A stretch of DNA of 64,000 nt. Origin: Spirochaetia bacterium (GTDB taxonomy: Bacteria > Spirochaetota > Spirochaetia > UBA9216). The notes below the pieces were generated by a model, which was given only the letters and a program-made list of their open reading frames with translations, was not told the origin of the DNA and ran no database searches. The stretch covers positions 704,001 to 768,000 of the forward strand of contig OZ223264.1 in NCBI GenBank assembly GCA_965140585.1, in the 5' to 3' direction. The position numbers and the translations under genes are program-made. Of this stretch, positions 20,192 to 30,574 are shown piece after piece; within the stretch, counting starts at the first letter, position 1, and every line of letters starts with the position of its first letter.

Positions 20192-21781
20192 ATGGGAAAG
20201 AAACGCAGAAGCAGTATAAGAACTGTAATTCAGGTTGTATTACTTGTTTTAATAGCACTTATTGCTGTTAACCACACACTGGAGGAATCCGGAGCCGCCA
20301 TACCGATAATAGGAAGTGCTTCTCTTCATGCTGTGTGTCCTTTTGGTGGAGTTGTCTCCATATACCAGTATGCTGTGAGCGGAACATTTGTGAAGAAAAC
20401 TCACGAGTCATCTTTTATATTGATGATTATTGTCGCAGTGCTTGCAGTCGCCTTTGGTCCGGTATTCTGCGGATGGATATGTCCCTTCGGTACCGTTCAG
20501 GAACTTATTGGAAAAATCGGGAAAAAGATTTTTAAAAAGAAGTATAACCGTTTTATTCCATATAAGTTTGACAAATGGCTTCGGTATCTGCGCTATATTG
20601 TACTTGCCTGGGTTATCTACATGACTGCGGTAACAGGCAAGATAATTTTTGCAGACTACGATCCCTACTATGCTCTTTTCAACTTCTGGACGGGAGAAGT
20701 GGCGATAAGCGGATATATAATACTTGCTGTCTCTATTATCCTTTCCCTCTTTGTTGAAAGACCATTCTGTAAATATGCCTGTCCCTATGGTGCAGTTCTG
20801 GGTCTTTCAAATCTGTTCCGTATATTCGGAATCAAACGTGCTGCGGACACCTGCATAAGCTGCAGTGCCTGTGATAAAGCCTGTCCGATGAATATCGAAG
20901 TATCAACAGCTGGAACAGTCAGAAATCATCAGTGTATCAGCTGCATGAAATGTTCAAGTGAACAGGCCTGTCCTGTGAATGATACAGTTGCTCTTGTCGC
21001 GACAAAGAATGTTACTAAAGGTCAGGTTAAGGAAAAAATCCTTGCAATTGTTATTCCGGCAGCCTTTATAGTTGGAATCGGTCTGACCATGGCGACAAAT
21101 CTATGGATAACAGAATCTACAAAGACTCCCGCTACTTATTCAGACGGTGAATTTTCGGGTGAGTACAATCCTGCTGATATCCGCGGTTCCTACTCCTTCG
21201 GTGATATTGAAGACACCTTTGGTATAGATGTAGATATTCTTGCAAGGGCTTTCGGAGTATCGGATTCAAATCCTGCAGCCTTCCAGATTAAACTTTTTGA
21301 AGAAATCTATGTTCCCCTTGAAGACGGTTCTGAGGTCGGGACTGATTCTGTAAGACTATTTGTTTCCCGTTATAAGGGGCTTCCGTATACACCTGAAGAA
21401 ACCACAAGACTTCCCTCATCGGCAATTGAAGTTCTGAAAGATAAGCTTGCCCCTGCCGACATTGAAGCGCTTCAGGCACTGTCAATTGAACTTGATGTAT
21501 TGAAGGCTTCTCCGGAATCAGGGGAAGCTGCGACAGACTCCTCAGAGGTTTCTTCAGAACCGGCTGCAGCTGAAGAGCATGAAGTTATTTCAGGCGAGAT
21601 TAAAGGAAATACTACTTTCGGAGATCTGCTCGACTGGGGATTGACTAAAGAGCAGATTGAGTCAGTTCTTGGAATGAAGATGGGCGCAGCGGGCGTAACA
21701 ATCCGTGATTTTCTTTCCGCCGAAGGCCTCGAATTTTCTGAATATAAGGTTGAACTTCAGGCAATGCTTGATAATATGTAA
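20192..21781 (+). CDS. membrane 4Fe-4S binding protein (NapH/polyferredoxin-like) with extended C-terminal domain
   Basis: ATG 20192 after AGGAG; VCPFGG, FCGWICPFG, FCKYACPYG, CISCSACDKACP, CISCMKC...CP. Confidence 0.85.
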   Translation: MGKKRRSSIRTVIQVVLLVLIALIAVNHTLEESGAAIPIIGSASLHAVCPFGGVVSIYQYAVSGTFVKKTHESSFILMIIVAVLAVAFGPVFCGWICPFGTVQELIGKIGKKIFKKKYNRFIPYKFDKWLRYLRYIVLAWVIYMTAVTGKIIFADYDPYYALFNFWTGEVAISGYIILAVSIILSLFVERPFCKYACPYGAVLGLSNLFRIFGIKRAADTCISCSACDKACPMNIEVSTAGTVRNHQCISCMKCSSEQACPVNDTVALVATKNVTKGQVKEKILAIVIPAAFIVGIGLTMATNLWITESTKTPATYSDGEFSGEYNPADIRGSYSFGDIEDTFGIDVDILARAFGVSDSNPAAFQIKLFEEIYVPLEDGSEVGTDSVRLFVSRYKGLPYTPEETTRLPSSAIEVLKDKLAPADIEALQALSIELDVLKASPESGEAATDSSEVSSEPAAAEEHEVISGEIKGNTTFGDLLDWGLTKEQIESVLGMKMGAAGVTIRDFLSAEGLEFSEYKVELQAMLDNM

Positions 21782-22483
21782 GTGATGGGAAAAATATTAC
21801 TTGTTGAAGATAATGAAAATGTGCGTGAAGCCGCAGCCGGCTATCTGAAACTCGAAGGCTATGAGGTCGAAGAGTACGGCGCAATAAAACCGGCGGAGAA
21901 GTCTCTGGACTCTCCCGCCGGAGCGGCTCCTGATTTAATTCTGCTTGATGTAATGCTCCCTGATGGAGACGGCTTTCTCTTTGCAAAGCGCATAAAGGAA
22001 AAGCGGGACATTCCCATAATCTTTCTTACAGCACGTGATCAGGAATCGGATCGTATAACCGGACTTGAGCTTGGAGCTGATGACTATGTGGTAAAGCCGT
22101 TTTCAACCAAAGAGCTGGTTCTCAGGGTGAAAGCTGTCCTAAAACGCAGCGGCGGTGCATCGTCCTCTGCTGATGAATCGCACAGTTATGAGCTGGATGG
22201 CGGGAAGCTTCAGATTGTAGAGGATGAACACCGCATCCTCCTTGACGGAACACCGCTCCTTTTTACGGCTGCCGAATGGAATATTCTTCTCTTTCTGGCC
22301 GAAAAATCCCCGCAGGTGTTTAACAGGGTGCAGCTTCTTGAGTACTGTCTCAACTCGGTAGCTGAGGGGTCCGAGAGGACTATCGATACCCATGTAAAGA
22401 ATATCAGGGCTAAACTGGGGGACGGCGGCTGGATTGAAACAGTACGCGGTTTCGGGTTCCGGTTTAACGGCAGGAGAGCATGA
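21782..22483 (+). CDS. OmpR/PhoB family response regulator
   Basis: LLVEDN, LLDVMLP, GADDYVVKPF, RTIDTHVKNIRAKL, ETVRGFG. Confidence 0.93.
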   Translation: MMGKILLVEDNENVREAAAGYLKLEGYEVEEYGAIKPAEKSLDSPAGAAPDLILLDVMLPDGDGFLFAKRIKEKRDIPIIFLTARDQESDRITGLELGADDYVVKPFSTKELVLRVKAVLKRSGGASSSADESHSYELDGGKLQIVEDEHRILLDGTPLLFTAAEWNILLFLAEKSPQVFNRVQLLEYCLNSVAEGSERTIDTHVKNIRAKLGDGGWIETVRGFGFRFNGRRA

Positions 22484-23760
22484 CCAGTTTTTTTTCCTGG
22501 ATACTCAAGCGGTTCATGATTGCATTTGCAGTTCTTTTTGCAACCCAGATTATAATCTATATCCTCGGTTTGAATCTGGTTCTTTCGAGATATGAAAAGG
22601 CCCGCGTAGAGCAGTACCGTACAATAGCTTATGAAATACTAAGCGGCTCGATTCCGGAAGCCGAAATTGAGCTTCCAGGGACAAACCCGTTTTTTGTATT
22701 TTCTACCGACAAGGACCTGATTTTTTCAAACCGCGGTAAGGGGCGGTCTATATTGACCGGTGATATAAGTCCGGTTTATGCAGACGGCGCCCTGCTGGGG
22801 TATTTTCATGCAGGGGAATTAGGCTTTGCCGACAATCAGTCAAACCGCATCTTTCTGGTATCGCTTATATTTCTTACAAGCCTTTCCGTGGTGATTTCGC
22901 TTGTGATAGGTTTTTTTGCCGCCTGGTTAAGTTCCCGGAAGATGTCTGAACCGGTCGGGATTCTGCGGCATGATATTCATGACATAAGATCTCTTAAAAT
23001 AGTGCCTGCCCGGAAGTTTGATATCAGCGAGTTTGCCGAGATGTCTGTTGATACATCTGAAACCTCCGAAGTTCTGTTCAGGCAGGAAGACTACAAGCGG
23101 CAGTGGCTGAGAGATTTGTCTCATGACCTGCGGACTCCTCTTGCAGGGCTTAAGTCACAGCTTGAGGCTATGATTGACGGAGTTCTTGAGCCGACTAGTG
23201 AGAGATTCGAAAGACATCTTTCAGAGGTTAAACGGCTTGAGTCTCTAGCTGAATCGATAGGTGAGCTCACGGCTATTGAATCACGCGGTAATATTGATAA
23301 GACAGAAATTGACATCAATAAATTTGTCTCACAGCTGATAACACCTCATGAAATAGAAGCAGAAAGCCGGGGTATTACAATAGAAAAAAATGTCACTGCC
23401 GGAAATTTGTATGGTGATCAGCCTCTGCTTCTCAGAGCTGTCGGCAATATTCTATCAAATGCAGTCAAATTTGTTGATGACGGCGGAAACATCCGTATAA
23501 GTGCCGGCCCCGGAATGATAGAAATTTCGAATAACGGCCCGGAAATTCCGGCACAGCAGCGTGAGTTGATTTTTACAAGGCTTTACCGGGGCGACTCCGG
23601 CCGTACAGCACCCGGCAGCGGTCTGGGGCTTTCCATTACAAGAGAAATAATCAACCTTCACGGAGGTGAGATAAGAGTCTCATCTCTGACTGAGGATGAT
23701 GAACCTGCAAGAGGTGCTGTTTTTACTCTATTCCTTCCCGAAGCTAAGGCTGAGGCATAA
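22480..23760 (+). CDS. sensor histidine kinase
   Basis: Two TM helices; SHDLRTPL H-box, NILSNAVKF, GSGLGLSI. Confidence 0.92.
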   Translation: MTSFFSWILKRFMIAFAVLFATQIIIYILGLNLVLSRYEKARVEQYRTIAYEILSGSIPEAEIELPGTNPFFVFSTDKDLIFSNRGKGRSILTGDISPVYADGALLGYFHAGELGFADNQSNRIFLVSLIFLTSLSVVISLVIGFFAAWLSSRKMSEPVGILRHDIHDIRSLKIVPARKFDISEFAEMSVDTSETSEVLFRQEDYKRQWLRDLSHDLRTPLAGLKSQLEAMIDGVLEPTSERFERHLSEVKRLESLAESIGELTAIESRGNIDKTEIDINKFVSQLITPHEIEAESRGITIEKNVTAGNLYGDQPLLLRAVGNILSNAVKFVDDGGNIRISAGPGMIEISNNGPEIPAQQRELIFTRLYRGDSGRTAPGSGLGLSITREIINLHGGEIRVSSLTEDDEPARGAVFTLFLPEAKAEA

Positions 23761-23837
23761 GTAAATCAAGCTTGACTACAGCTTTATAAACGTGTTATTT
23801 TAGTCCAAATCTATTAATATCGAGGAAGGTTCAGCTG

Positions 23838-24188
23838 ATGAATATTATTACGGGCGGCATGCCCATAATGCAGCTTTTCGGTGGCTCCGGCGGAAGCGGT
23901 GGGTCAATGGCAACTACCTTTGTTACCTTCGGTCTTGTTATTGCGATCTTTTATTTTCTGATTATCAGACCGCAGAACAAGAAGCAGAAAGAAACAAAGA
24001 AAATGCTTGCAGCCATTAAAAAGGGTGACAAGGTTCAGAGTATCGGTGGTATTCGTGGTGTGGTTCACAATGTGAATGATACCGACAATACAGTTGTCGT
24101 AAAGGTTGATGACAATACAAAACTTGAATTTGCTAAAAGCGCCATTGGCGAAGTTATTGAAGTAAGCGAAGTAAGTACAAAGAATTAA
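23838..24188 (+). CDS. yajC: preprotein translocase subunit YajC
   Basis: FYFLIIRPQNKKQKE...KGDKVQSIGGIRG; lies upstream of secD. Confidence 0.92.
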   Translation: MNIITGGMPIMQLFGGSGGSGGSMATTFVTFGLVIAIFYFLIIRPQNKKQKETKKMLAAIKKGDKVQSIGGIRGVVHNVNDTDNTVVVKVDDNTKLEFAKSAIGEVIEVSEVSTKN

Positions 24189-24239
24189 CCATTCAAACTG
24201 TTTTCTAAACAAAATTTAATCCACAATCGGAGTTAATTA

Positions 24240-25967
24240 ATGAGCAAACGAGGCAGATTGTTGATCGTTATTCTGGTTGTGCTGGTGTGCGGAGTCTTCC
24301 TGTGGCCTACCTATAATTGGTATTTTAATGTTCCACAGGAGATGAAAGATCTATCAGCAGCATCCAGAGAACAGATAAGAGAATATTCGGTAACTATGGC
24401 AGAAAATGGTCTGGAAACCCTCCAGTCACTTGCTGTCAAAGATCCGAAAGCAGCAGTTCCTGAGAAATACGACTTTATAGTCGATTATGCAAAGGAACAG
24501 TACAAAATTGAAGAGAAGGATGCACCGGATGCCTGGTCTGTAACCGATGTTCTTGGTGTATTCCGAAACAGGGATAAAGCCCTGAGTGTTCTTGAAAACT
24601 ATTATGCAGAGCTTCTGCTTGGTTACAAGGATGACAGGGACAGTGTTCTGCAGCTTGGTCTTGACCTTTCAGGCGGCATGAGCATCCTTCTTGAGGCTGA
24701 CATGGACAGCCTTGCAGAAAGGCTCGGCCATACCCCGACCGTAGATGAACAGTCATCAGCGGTTGATCAGGCTATTGAGATTCTTAACAACCGAATCGAT
24801 AAGTTCGGTGTTACTGAACCGCAGATCAGAAAGCAGGGTGATACCGGTATAGCAATTGAAATTCCCGGTGCTGCAGATCCTGACAGGGTTAATTCTTTCC
24901 TTAAGGGTAAGGGCAGCCTGAGTTTTCATATTGTAAACGATGAAGGTACAGCAGCCTGGAATGAATACAAGGCAAGCCACTCAGGCAAGCTTCTTGATGA
25001 CGCGGGACATCCTCTTGATGAAACCGTTCTTGATGCAGGTCTTGTTGTAAGAGGCTTCTATACCAAAGATTCATACGGTGTCGATCAGTATCAGAGGGAC
25101 ATGGTTATAACTGAAGAACCCGGCCTTGACGGTCTGCACATTGTAGACGCACAGGTTGGTTCTCATGCAGTTACCGGACGTCCGGTAATCAACTTCACCC
25201 TTGATAAGGAAGGCGGGGAGATTTTCTACCAGCTTACTTCCTCACATGTCGGTGAAACCCTTGCTATTGTTCTTGACGACAAGGTTAAGGCTGGAGCCAG
25301 AATCTCTGAAGCTATCAGGGAAGGCGTTCAGATGACCGGTTTTGAAAGACAGGAAGCAAATGACCTCTCACTTGTTCTTAGAACAGCGGCAATGCCGGTT
25401 GAACTTACTATAGTGAACCAGCAGGCAGTTGGTGCTTCACTTGGTGAAGACTCCATTGCTGAAGGTATCAAGGCTATAACCTACGGTTTTCTCCTTGTTA
25501 TCGTGTTCATGCTGATTTACTACAAGGGTGCCGGTCTGGTTGCCGATATAGCACTTGTTCTGAACCTTTTTATCATAACCGCTATCCTTTCAGTTCTTAA
25601 TCTTACCCTTACTCTTACAAGTATTGCCGGTTTGATTTTAACTGTCGGTATGGCAGTCGATGCGAATGTAATTATCTTTGAGCGAATCAAAGAAGAATAT
25701 GCACTGGGCAAGTCTCCTTCAGCTTCAGTTAAAGCCGGTTTTCAGAAGGCTTTCTGGACAGTTATGGATGCAAATCTTACAACGCTCATTGCGGCTCTGT
25801 TCCTTTCACAGATAGGAACCGGACCTGTTCAGGGTTTTGCTTATACACTCGCTGTAGGTATTATTTCTTCAATGTTTACCGCTCTGTTTGTGTCACGTCT
25901 GATATTTGATTTCAGTATCCAGCAACTACACTTGAAAAAGCTGAGCATCAGCTGGAGGAAAAAATGA
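24240..25967 (+). CDS. secD: protein translocase subunit SecD
   Basis: LGLDLSGG, RIDKFGVTEP, GMAVDANVIIFERIKEE. Confidence 0.95.
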   Translation: MSKRGRLLIVILVVLVCGVFLWPTYNWYFNVPQEMKDLSAASREQIREYSVTMAENGLETLQSLAVKDPKAAVPEKYDFIVDYAKEQYKIEEKDAPDAWSVTDVLGVFRNRDKALSVLENYYAELLLGYKDDRDSVLQLGLDLSGGMSILLEADMDSLAERLGHTPTVDEQSSAVDQAIEILNNRIDKFGVTEPQIRKQGDTGIAIEIPGAADPDRVNSFLKGKGSLSFHIVNDEGTAAWNEYKASHSGKLLDDAGHPLDETVLDAGLVVRGFYTKDSYGVDQYQRDMVITEEPGLDGLHIVDAQVGSHAVTGRPVINFTLDKEGGEIFYQLTSSHVGETLAIVLDDKVKAGARISEAIREGVQMTGFERQEANDLSLVLRTAAMPVELTIVNQQAVGASLGEDSIAEGIKAITYGFLLVIVFMLIYYKGAGLVADIALVLNLFIITAILSVLNLTLTLTSIAGLILTVGMAVDANVIIFERIKEEYALGKSPSASVKAGFQKAFWTVMDANLTTLIAALFLSQIGTGPVQGFAYTLAVGIISSMFTALFVSRLIFDFSIQQLHLKKLSISWRKK

Positions 25968-27298
25968 AACGAGTAATTAAGTTCACAAAAATCCGTTTCG
26001 TCATGTTCGCCGTATCAATTGTGGTGATCCTGGCAGGTGTTGCAGGTACAGTAGCCAACGGCGGCTTCAATCTCGGTATCGACTTCAAATCAGGTCTAAG
26101 TCAGAGAATTCAGATTGCCCCGGTTGTTATGGAAGTTAGCTATATCGGTGAAGAAGAAGCAAGGTTCAACATCTTAAATGAAGAAGTTACCTTTGATATC
26201 TTTACCAAGAGCGGTTCTACCGACAGTTATGCATTTCAGCTGGCTGACTATGCTACATCCGGTGAGCTTGCCCAAGCGATGTCTGAAGTTCCTTCGGTAA
26301 CTGTAAATGTTGTGAAGGCTGATGTACCGGCTGACAAAATACTTTCATTTGTCTATTTCATTGATCTTTCTGAAGAGAAAGCTGATGTAAACTATTCAAA
26401 TGCAGGTGCTGACAGCTGGGTAACTATAGATGAAATCAGAGATGTTCTCGGAGAAACTGGAAGCCCGCAGATTCAGGTTGTAGGAAGCGATGATAATCAG
26501 GAGTTCCTTATTCGCCTGCAGGATGACGGTACAAAAGATTTCAGTAATGTCTACTCAGATAAGGTTCTTGAACTTCTTGAGAAGGCTTACGGAACAGGTG
26601 CTGTAATCGTTAAGCAGTCCGACTATGTCGGTCCCAGATTTTCAGCAGACCTTGGTAACCAGGTGTTCCTGCTTGTTGCACTTGCGCTCGCACTGATTCT
26701 TATCTACATATGGTTCAGATTTGAGCTTGCTTTTGCCGTATCAGCCATTATTGCACTTGCGCATGACGTACTCATAATGCTGGGTTTCATTGGTCTTACA
26801 CAGATGGAAGTTGTTACTGCAACTGTTGCTGCTGTACTTACAATAGTAGGTTACTCACTCAACGATACTATCGTTGTTTTTGACCGAATCAGGGAAAACA
26901 GAAATCTTATGAGAGATGCTGATCTTAAAACTATTGTTAATACCAGTATCACACAGTCTCTCAGCAGAACGATAATTACATCGCTTACTACACTTCTTGC
27001 TGTTCTTGCAATCTACATCTTTGCAAGCGGCCAGATTAAAGACTTTGCTCTTGCTATGATAGTCGGTGTTGTTGTCGGTACATATTCTTCAATCTTCATT
27101 GCATCACCGGTACTTCTTGGATGGATAAACAGCCGAAGAAGCCGCAAGGTAGCAAAGGATAAGCAGAAATACGGAGTAAGTTCCGAAACTGTTAAGAAAA
27201 AGGAATCCGTTGAAACAGAAGACTCTGATTCATCAAAAATTATTGAGATTCCTAATCTCGAAAGAAAAAAGAAAGGTGGAAAAAGGAAGAAAAAATAA
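25964..27298 (+). CDS. secF: protein translocase subunit SecF
   Basis: LGIDFKSG, VGP, GYSLNDTIVVFDRIRE, GTYSSIFIASP. Confidence 0.95.
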   Translation: MKRVIKFTKIRFVMFAVSIVVILAGVAGTVANGGFNLGIDFKSGLSQRIQIAPVVMEVSYIGEEEARFNILNEEVTFDIFTKSGSTDSYAFQLADYATSGELAQAMSEVPSVTVNVVKADVPADKILSFVYFIDLSEEKADVNYSNAGADSWVTIDEIRDVLGETGSPQIQVVGSDDNQEFLIRLQDDGTKDFSNVYSDKVLELLEKAYGTGAVIVKQSDYVGPRFSADLGNQVFLLVALALALILIYIWFRFELAFAVSAIIALAHDVLIMLGFIGLTQMEVVTATVAAVLTIVGYSLNDTIVVFDRIRENRNLMRDADLKTIVNTSITQSLSRTIITSLTTLLAVLAIYIFASGQIKDFALAMIVGVVVGTYSSIFIASPVLLGWINSRRSRKVAKDKQKYGVSSETVKKKESVETEDSDSSKIIEIPNLERKKKGGKRKKK

Positions 27299-27319
27299 TC
27301 CTTTTCCTGCACTTTATAG

Positions 27320-27356
27320 AAGGCTGACTGAGATTTGATTCCGGTCAGCCTTTTTT
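27320..27356 (+). terminator. intrinsic terminator
   Basis: AGGCTGAC...GTCAGCCTTTTTT. Confidence 0.8.
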
Positions 27357-27456
27357 GTTATAATTAGCTAAAACTCATCTTTCACATCCTTAAATAGTTA
27401 CTTTTTTATTCATAAATAGTATAATTGATAAATAATTAACCATAGGAGAAGACTCA

Positions 27457-29661
27457 ATGAAACTAACTAGAGTTCTGATGCTGGCAGCTGCTGTTATTGC
27501 AGTCCTGGCCGGTTGTGCAGGTAATGGAGGCGTTGATACAGACAGCTCCGGAATATATAATCCCGGAACTTACTCTGCGTCGGCCAAAGGAATAAGCGAA
27601 GTAACCGTTGAGGTTACTGTAGATGCAGACAGCATAACAGCTGTCAAACTTGACCTATCAGGTGAAACAGAGGCCATTGGACAGGCTGCTGTTGAATCTC
27701 TTGTTAAACAGATTATGGACGCTCAGAGCTCCGAAATTGACGGTGTTTCAGGTGCCTCCGCAACATCATCGGCTGTGCAGCTGGCGCTTTCAAGGGCCCT
27801 GTCGAAGGCTGCCGTTGCAGGTCCTTCTGCAAAAATGCCTGTAGCAGACGGGACATATTCAGCTACTGCTTCCGGATTCAGCTGGACCGGACAGGTTACA
27901 TGTGATGTAACATTTACTGATAATGCCATTACAGATATCAAAGTGGTAGAAGAGTATGAAACCTTCACCGGTGAATGGTTTTATACAGTTCTTGATAAAT
28001 ATATTCCAAGAATACTCGAGAATCAGTCTCTTGAAGTTGATGCTGTAACCGGAGCAACATTTTCATCCAATGCAGTCAGAGACTGTGTTGCCGATGCAAT
28101 TGAACAGGCTGGAGGGGCAAGCAGTGACTGGTATACTGAAATTGAGAAAAGCAATGAGGTTATTGATCTCATGGGATATGATGTAGTAGTTGTTGGCCTT
28201 GGCGGATCGGGAATCCTTTCCTACTGCTCAGCAGCGTCTGAAGGAGCTTCAGTGTTCGGAATAGAGGCTGCGGCTAAACTCGGCGGGGATTCTGCCTGTA
28301 CATACGGGCCGATGGCTCTTAATTCTGAATATCTGAAAAATCTCTACAACGACGGCAAAGATTACATTAACGAAGATGATGTTTATGAAACATGGATTGA
28401 TTATGTAGAAAATGACGGAAAGCCCGAAGTTATCAAAAAGGCTGTATACGAATCAGGCTCTGCACTGGATTTCTTTGTAGAAAAGTTCAGTTTTGCTTTC
28501 GAAGGTCTGGGCGGAATGCTAGGAAGCTTTGTTAAACCCGAATGGAATAAACTCTGGTGTGTTTATACGGCAGATAATGATAATACTTCCTGGAATGTCT
28601 TAGGTCCAAACAAAACTTATCAGTTTGACAGGGCTATGAACATAGCAAAGGGCTTGAATGATAAAAACGATTTCATGCTTGAATTGACCGCTGAGAAGCT
28701 GATTACTGATAAGTCAGGAAAGGTAACAGGTGTGCAATGTTCATCATACGACGGAACAAAATACAATATCTACGGAAAATCAGTCATAATAGCTACCGGT
28801 GGTTTCATCGGTAATGATCATATGATGAATGAGTACCTGGGCAGCACTGTAAACACCCTGGGCGTTACAGTTAATAACGGTGCGGGAATAAGGATGGCTC
28901 AGGAAGTCGGCGGAGCTCTAATGAATATGGATGTCCTTCCGATGATTCACATTTCACAGGTTAAGAATATGATTAAAAACAACGATCTCAACCCGAATCA
29001 GAAGGCTATCCTTTCTGCACTGGCTCTTACTACTGATCAGCTGAGTGTGACAACTGAAGGAAAGATCTGGGGTAATACCGATGAGAGCGGAACACAGGAT
29101 GAAGCGCTGAATGTTGAAATATGTTTCGCCCCCGGTTATCAGTACTATGTTGTATATACTGCAGAGGAGATTGCAGAGATAGCGCAGACAGGTCTTAGAG
29201 ACAGTTTTGCAAAGGCTACATCCATGTTTATGGGGCAGGGCGGAGAGTTTGCAACCGGAGTGCCTGTAACAGACATCTATGATATTCTTTCTGTCGGTGA
29301 AAGCTACGGTAATGTGATTAAGGCCGACGGTATTGCAGGACTGGCCGCTGCTATAGGCTGTGATTCTGATGAGCTTTCAAGATCGCTCAAAGGTGAAGAT
29401 ACTGAATATTATGCAGTAATAACCGCCGGTTATGCCTATGCGACAGTCGGAGGACTCGATATCGATGAAAATATGAATGTTCTTAAAGAGGACGGCAGTG
29501 TTATTGAGAATCTTTTTGCTGTTGGACAGGATTCGGAAGGTGTTACCAATGCCTCAGGCAAGGCATATACACCATGGGCCGGACAGGCTCAGTCCTGGAC
29601 CTTTGTTTCAGGCAAAATCGCAGGTGAAAAAGCTGCTGAGTTTGCTTCTGTAAACAAATAG
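27457..29661 (+). CDS. lipoprotein with two FMN-binding domains and a flavocytochrome c/fumarate reductase-like FAD domain
   Basis: Lipobox LAGC; IDGVSGAS and VDAVTGAT flavinylation motifs; DVVVVGLGGSG, IIATGGF, TVGGL, LFAVG. Confidence 0.85.
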   Translation: MKLTRVLMLAAAVIAVLAGCAGNGGVDTDSSGIYNPGTYSASAKGISEVTVEVTVDADSITAVKLDLSGETEAIGQAAVESLVKQIMDAQSSEIDGVSGASATSSAVQLALSRALSKAAVAGPSAKMPVADGTYSATASGFSWTGQVTCDVTFTDNAITDIKVVEEYETFTGEWFYTVLDKYIPRILENQSLEVDAVTGATFSSNAVRDCVADAIEQAGGASSDWYTEIEKSNEVIDLMGYDVVVVGLGGSGILSYCSAASEGASVFGIEAAAKLGGDSACTYGPMALNSEYLKNLYNDGKDYINEDDVYETWIDYVENDGKPEVIKKAVYESGSALDFFVEKFSFAFEGLGGMLGSFVKPEWNKLWCVYTADNDNTSWNVLGPNKTYQFDRAMNIAKGLNDKNDFMLELTAEKLITDKSGKVTGVQCSSYDGTKYNIYGKSVIIATGGFIGNDHMMNEYLGSTVNTLGVTVNNGAGIRMAQEVGGALMNMDVLPMIHISQVKNMIKNNDLNPNQKAILSALALTTDQLSVTTEGKIWGNTDESGTQDEALNVEICFAPGYQYYVVYTAEEIAEIAQTGLRDSFAKATSMFMGQGGEFATGVPVTDIYDILSVGESYGNVIKADGIAGLAAAIGCDSDELSRSLKGEDTEYYAVITAGYAYATVGGLDIDENMNVLKEDGSVIENLFAVGQDSEGVTNASGKAYTPWAGQAQSWTFVSGKIAGEKAAEFASVNK

Positions 29662-29678
29662 CATTCAAGCAGGGATAT

Positions 29679-29711
29679 GGGGGCTGACTCATAAGAAGTC
29701 AGCCCTTTTTT
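29679..29711 (+). terminator. intrinsic terminator between convergent genes
   Basis: GGGCTGACT...AGTCAGCCCTTTTTT. Confidence 0.8.
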
Positions 29712-29712
29712 A

Positions 29713-30456
29713 TTATTTGAAAGTGATTGAGTAGTCTATCGGCTTATCAAGCAGGAGGACTCTGATAAGAGGTGTTTTAAAGCTCACAGTATCAGGGCCG
29801 GTCTTTGTACCGCCTTTCTGTGAAACGATAGTTCCCTTCACCTTTATTACTGTTGTAATGTAGGATTTTGAGAGCAGTTCGGAGCCTCCCTCACCAAGTG
29901 CATATTCGATAAGTTCAAGATATCCCTCTTCGTCTGTATCCTGATTTGAAATAGGTCCGAAGGCTTCAAAAAGCGGATCATCCACTACTGGAAACAGGGG
30001 AGCAATATCCTTGAAATTGTTAATGTCAATGTAGATGGAAATGATTCTTTCATTGCCGTTTTCTGTGAATGAAATAGCCTGCTTATTTAGAGTTCCTGTT
30101 GAACCTGCGATAAGGGCGCCGATATCATCGAACTCAAGAGAAACCGAGAGTTTGCGGTTGTCATCGTTGCTCATGCCGGTTACCCTGACACCGGGATTTA
30201 CTTCTATACCCTGTTTCATTTCTTCAAGGTTGAAAAGTTCCCCATCCGATGTATTTTCACCGGTTAATTCAGCAAGGCTCTCAAGGTAGAATATTAATGA
30301 ATCGTCAATAACCGATTCCATCTTTGCGGTTCCTGAGCCGTCCGGAGAAAGGCTTATCTGCTGTTGAACAGAACAGCCTGAGAGCAAAATGAAAGATACA
30401 GCTATAAGTATAAAAAGTGCTGTAAAAGTAGGTTTGTCTGTTAATTTCATAGTCAT
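29713..30456 (-). CDS. hypothetical lipoprotein
   Basis: Lipobox LSGC; 247-aa ORF; promoter TTGACT-N17-TACCCT immediately upstream. Confidence 0.7.
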   Translation of the reverse strand: MTMKLTDKPTFTALFILIAVSFILLSGCSVQQQISLSPDGSGTAKMESVIDDSLIFYLESLAELTGENTSDGELFNLEEMKQGIEVNPGVRVTGMSNDDNRKLSVSLEFDDIGALIAGSTGTLNKQAISFTENGNERIISIYIDINNFKDIAPLFPVVDDPLFEAFGPISNQDTDEEGYLELIEYALGEGGSELLSKSYITTVIKVKGTIVSQKGGTKTGPDTVSFKTPLIRVLLLDKPIDYSITFK

Positions 30457-30574
30457 TGGAGAAGGGTAATACTTTATCTATCTGCAGTCAATAACCTTGC
30501 TTTTGGAGGCCTCTTTACAATATAATCATGTTTACTACCTTTTATCACGCATTTTGTTTTATAGGAGTGTTTTT

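Noticed and set aside
27320-29711. GGCTGAC...GTCAGCC hairpins as a REP/MITE family
   Set aside because: Only two close copies with different loops, both positioned as ordinary terminators.
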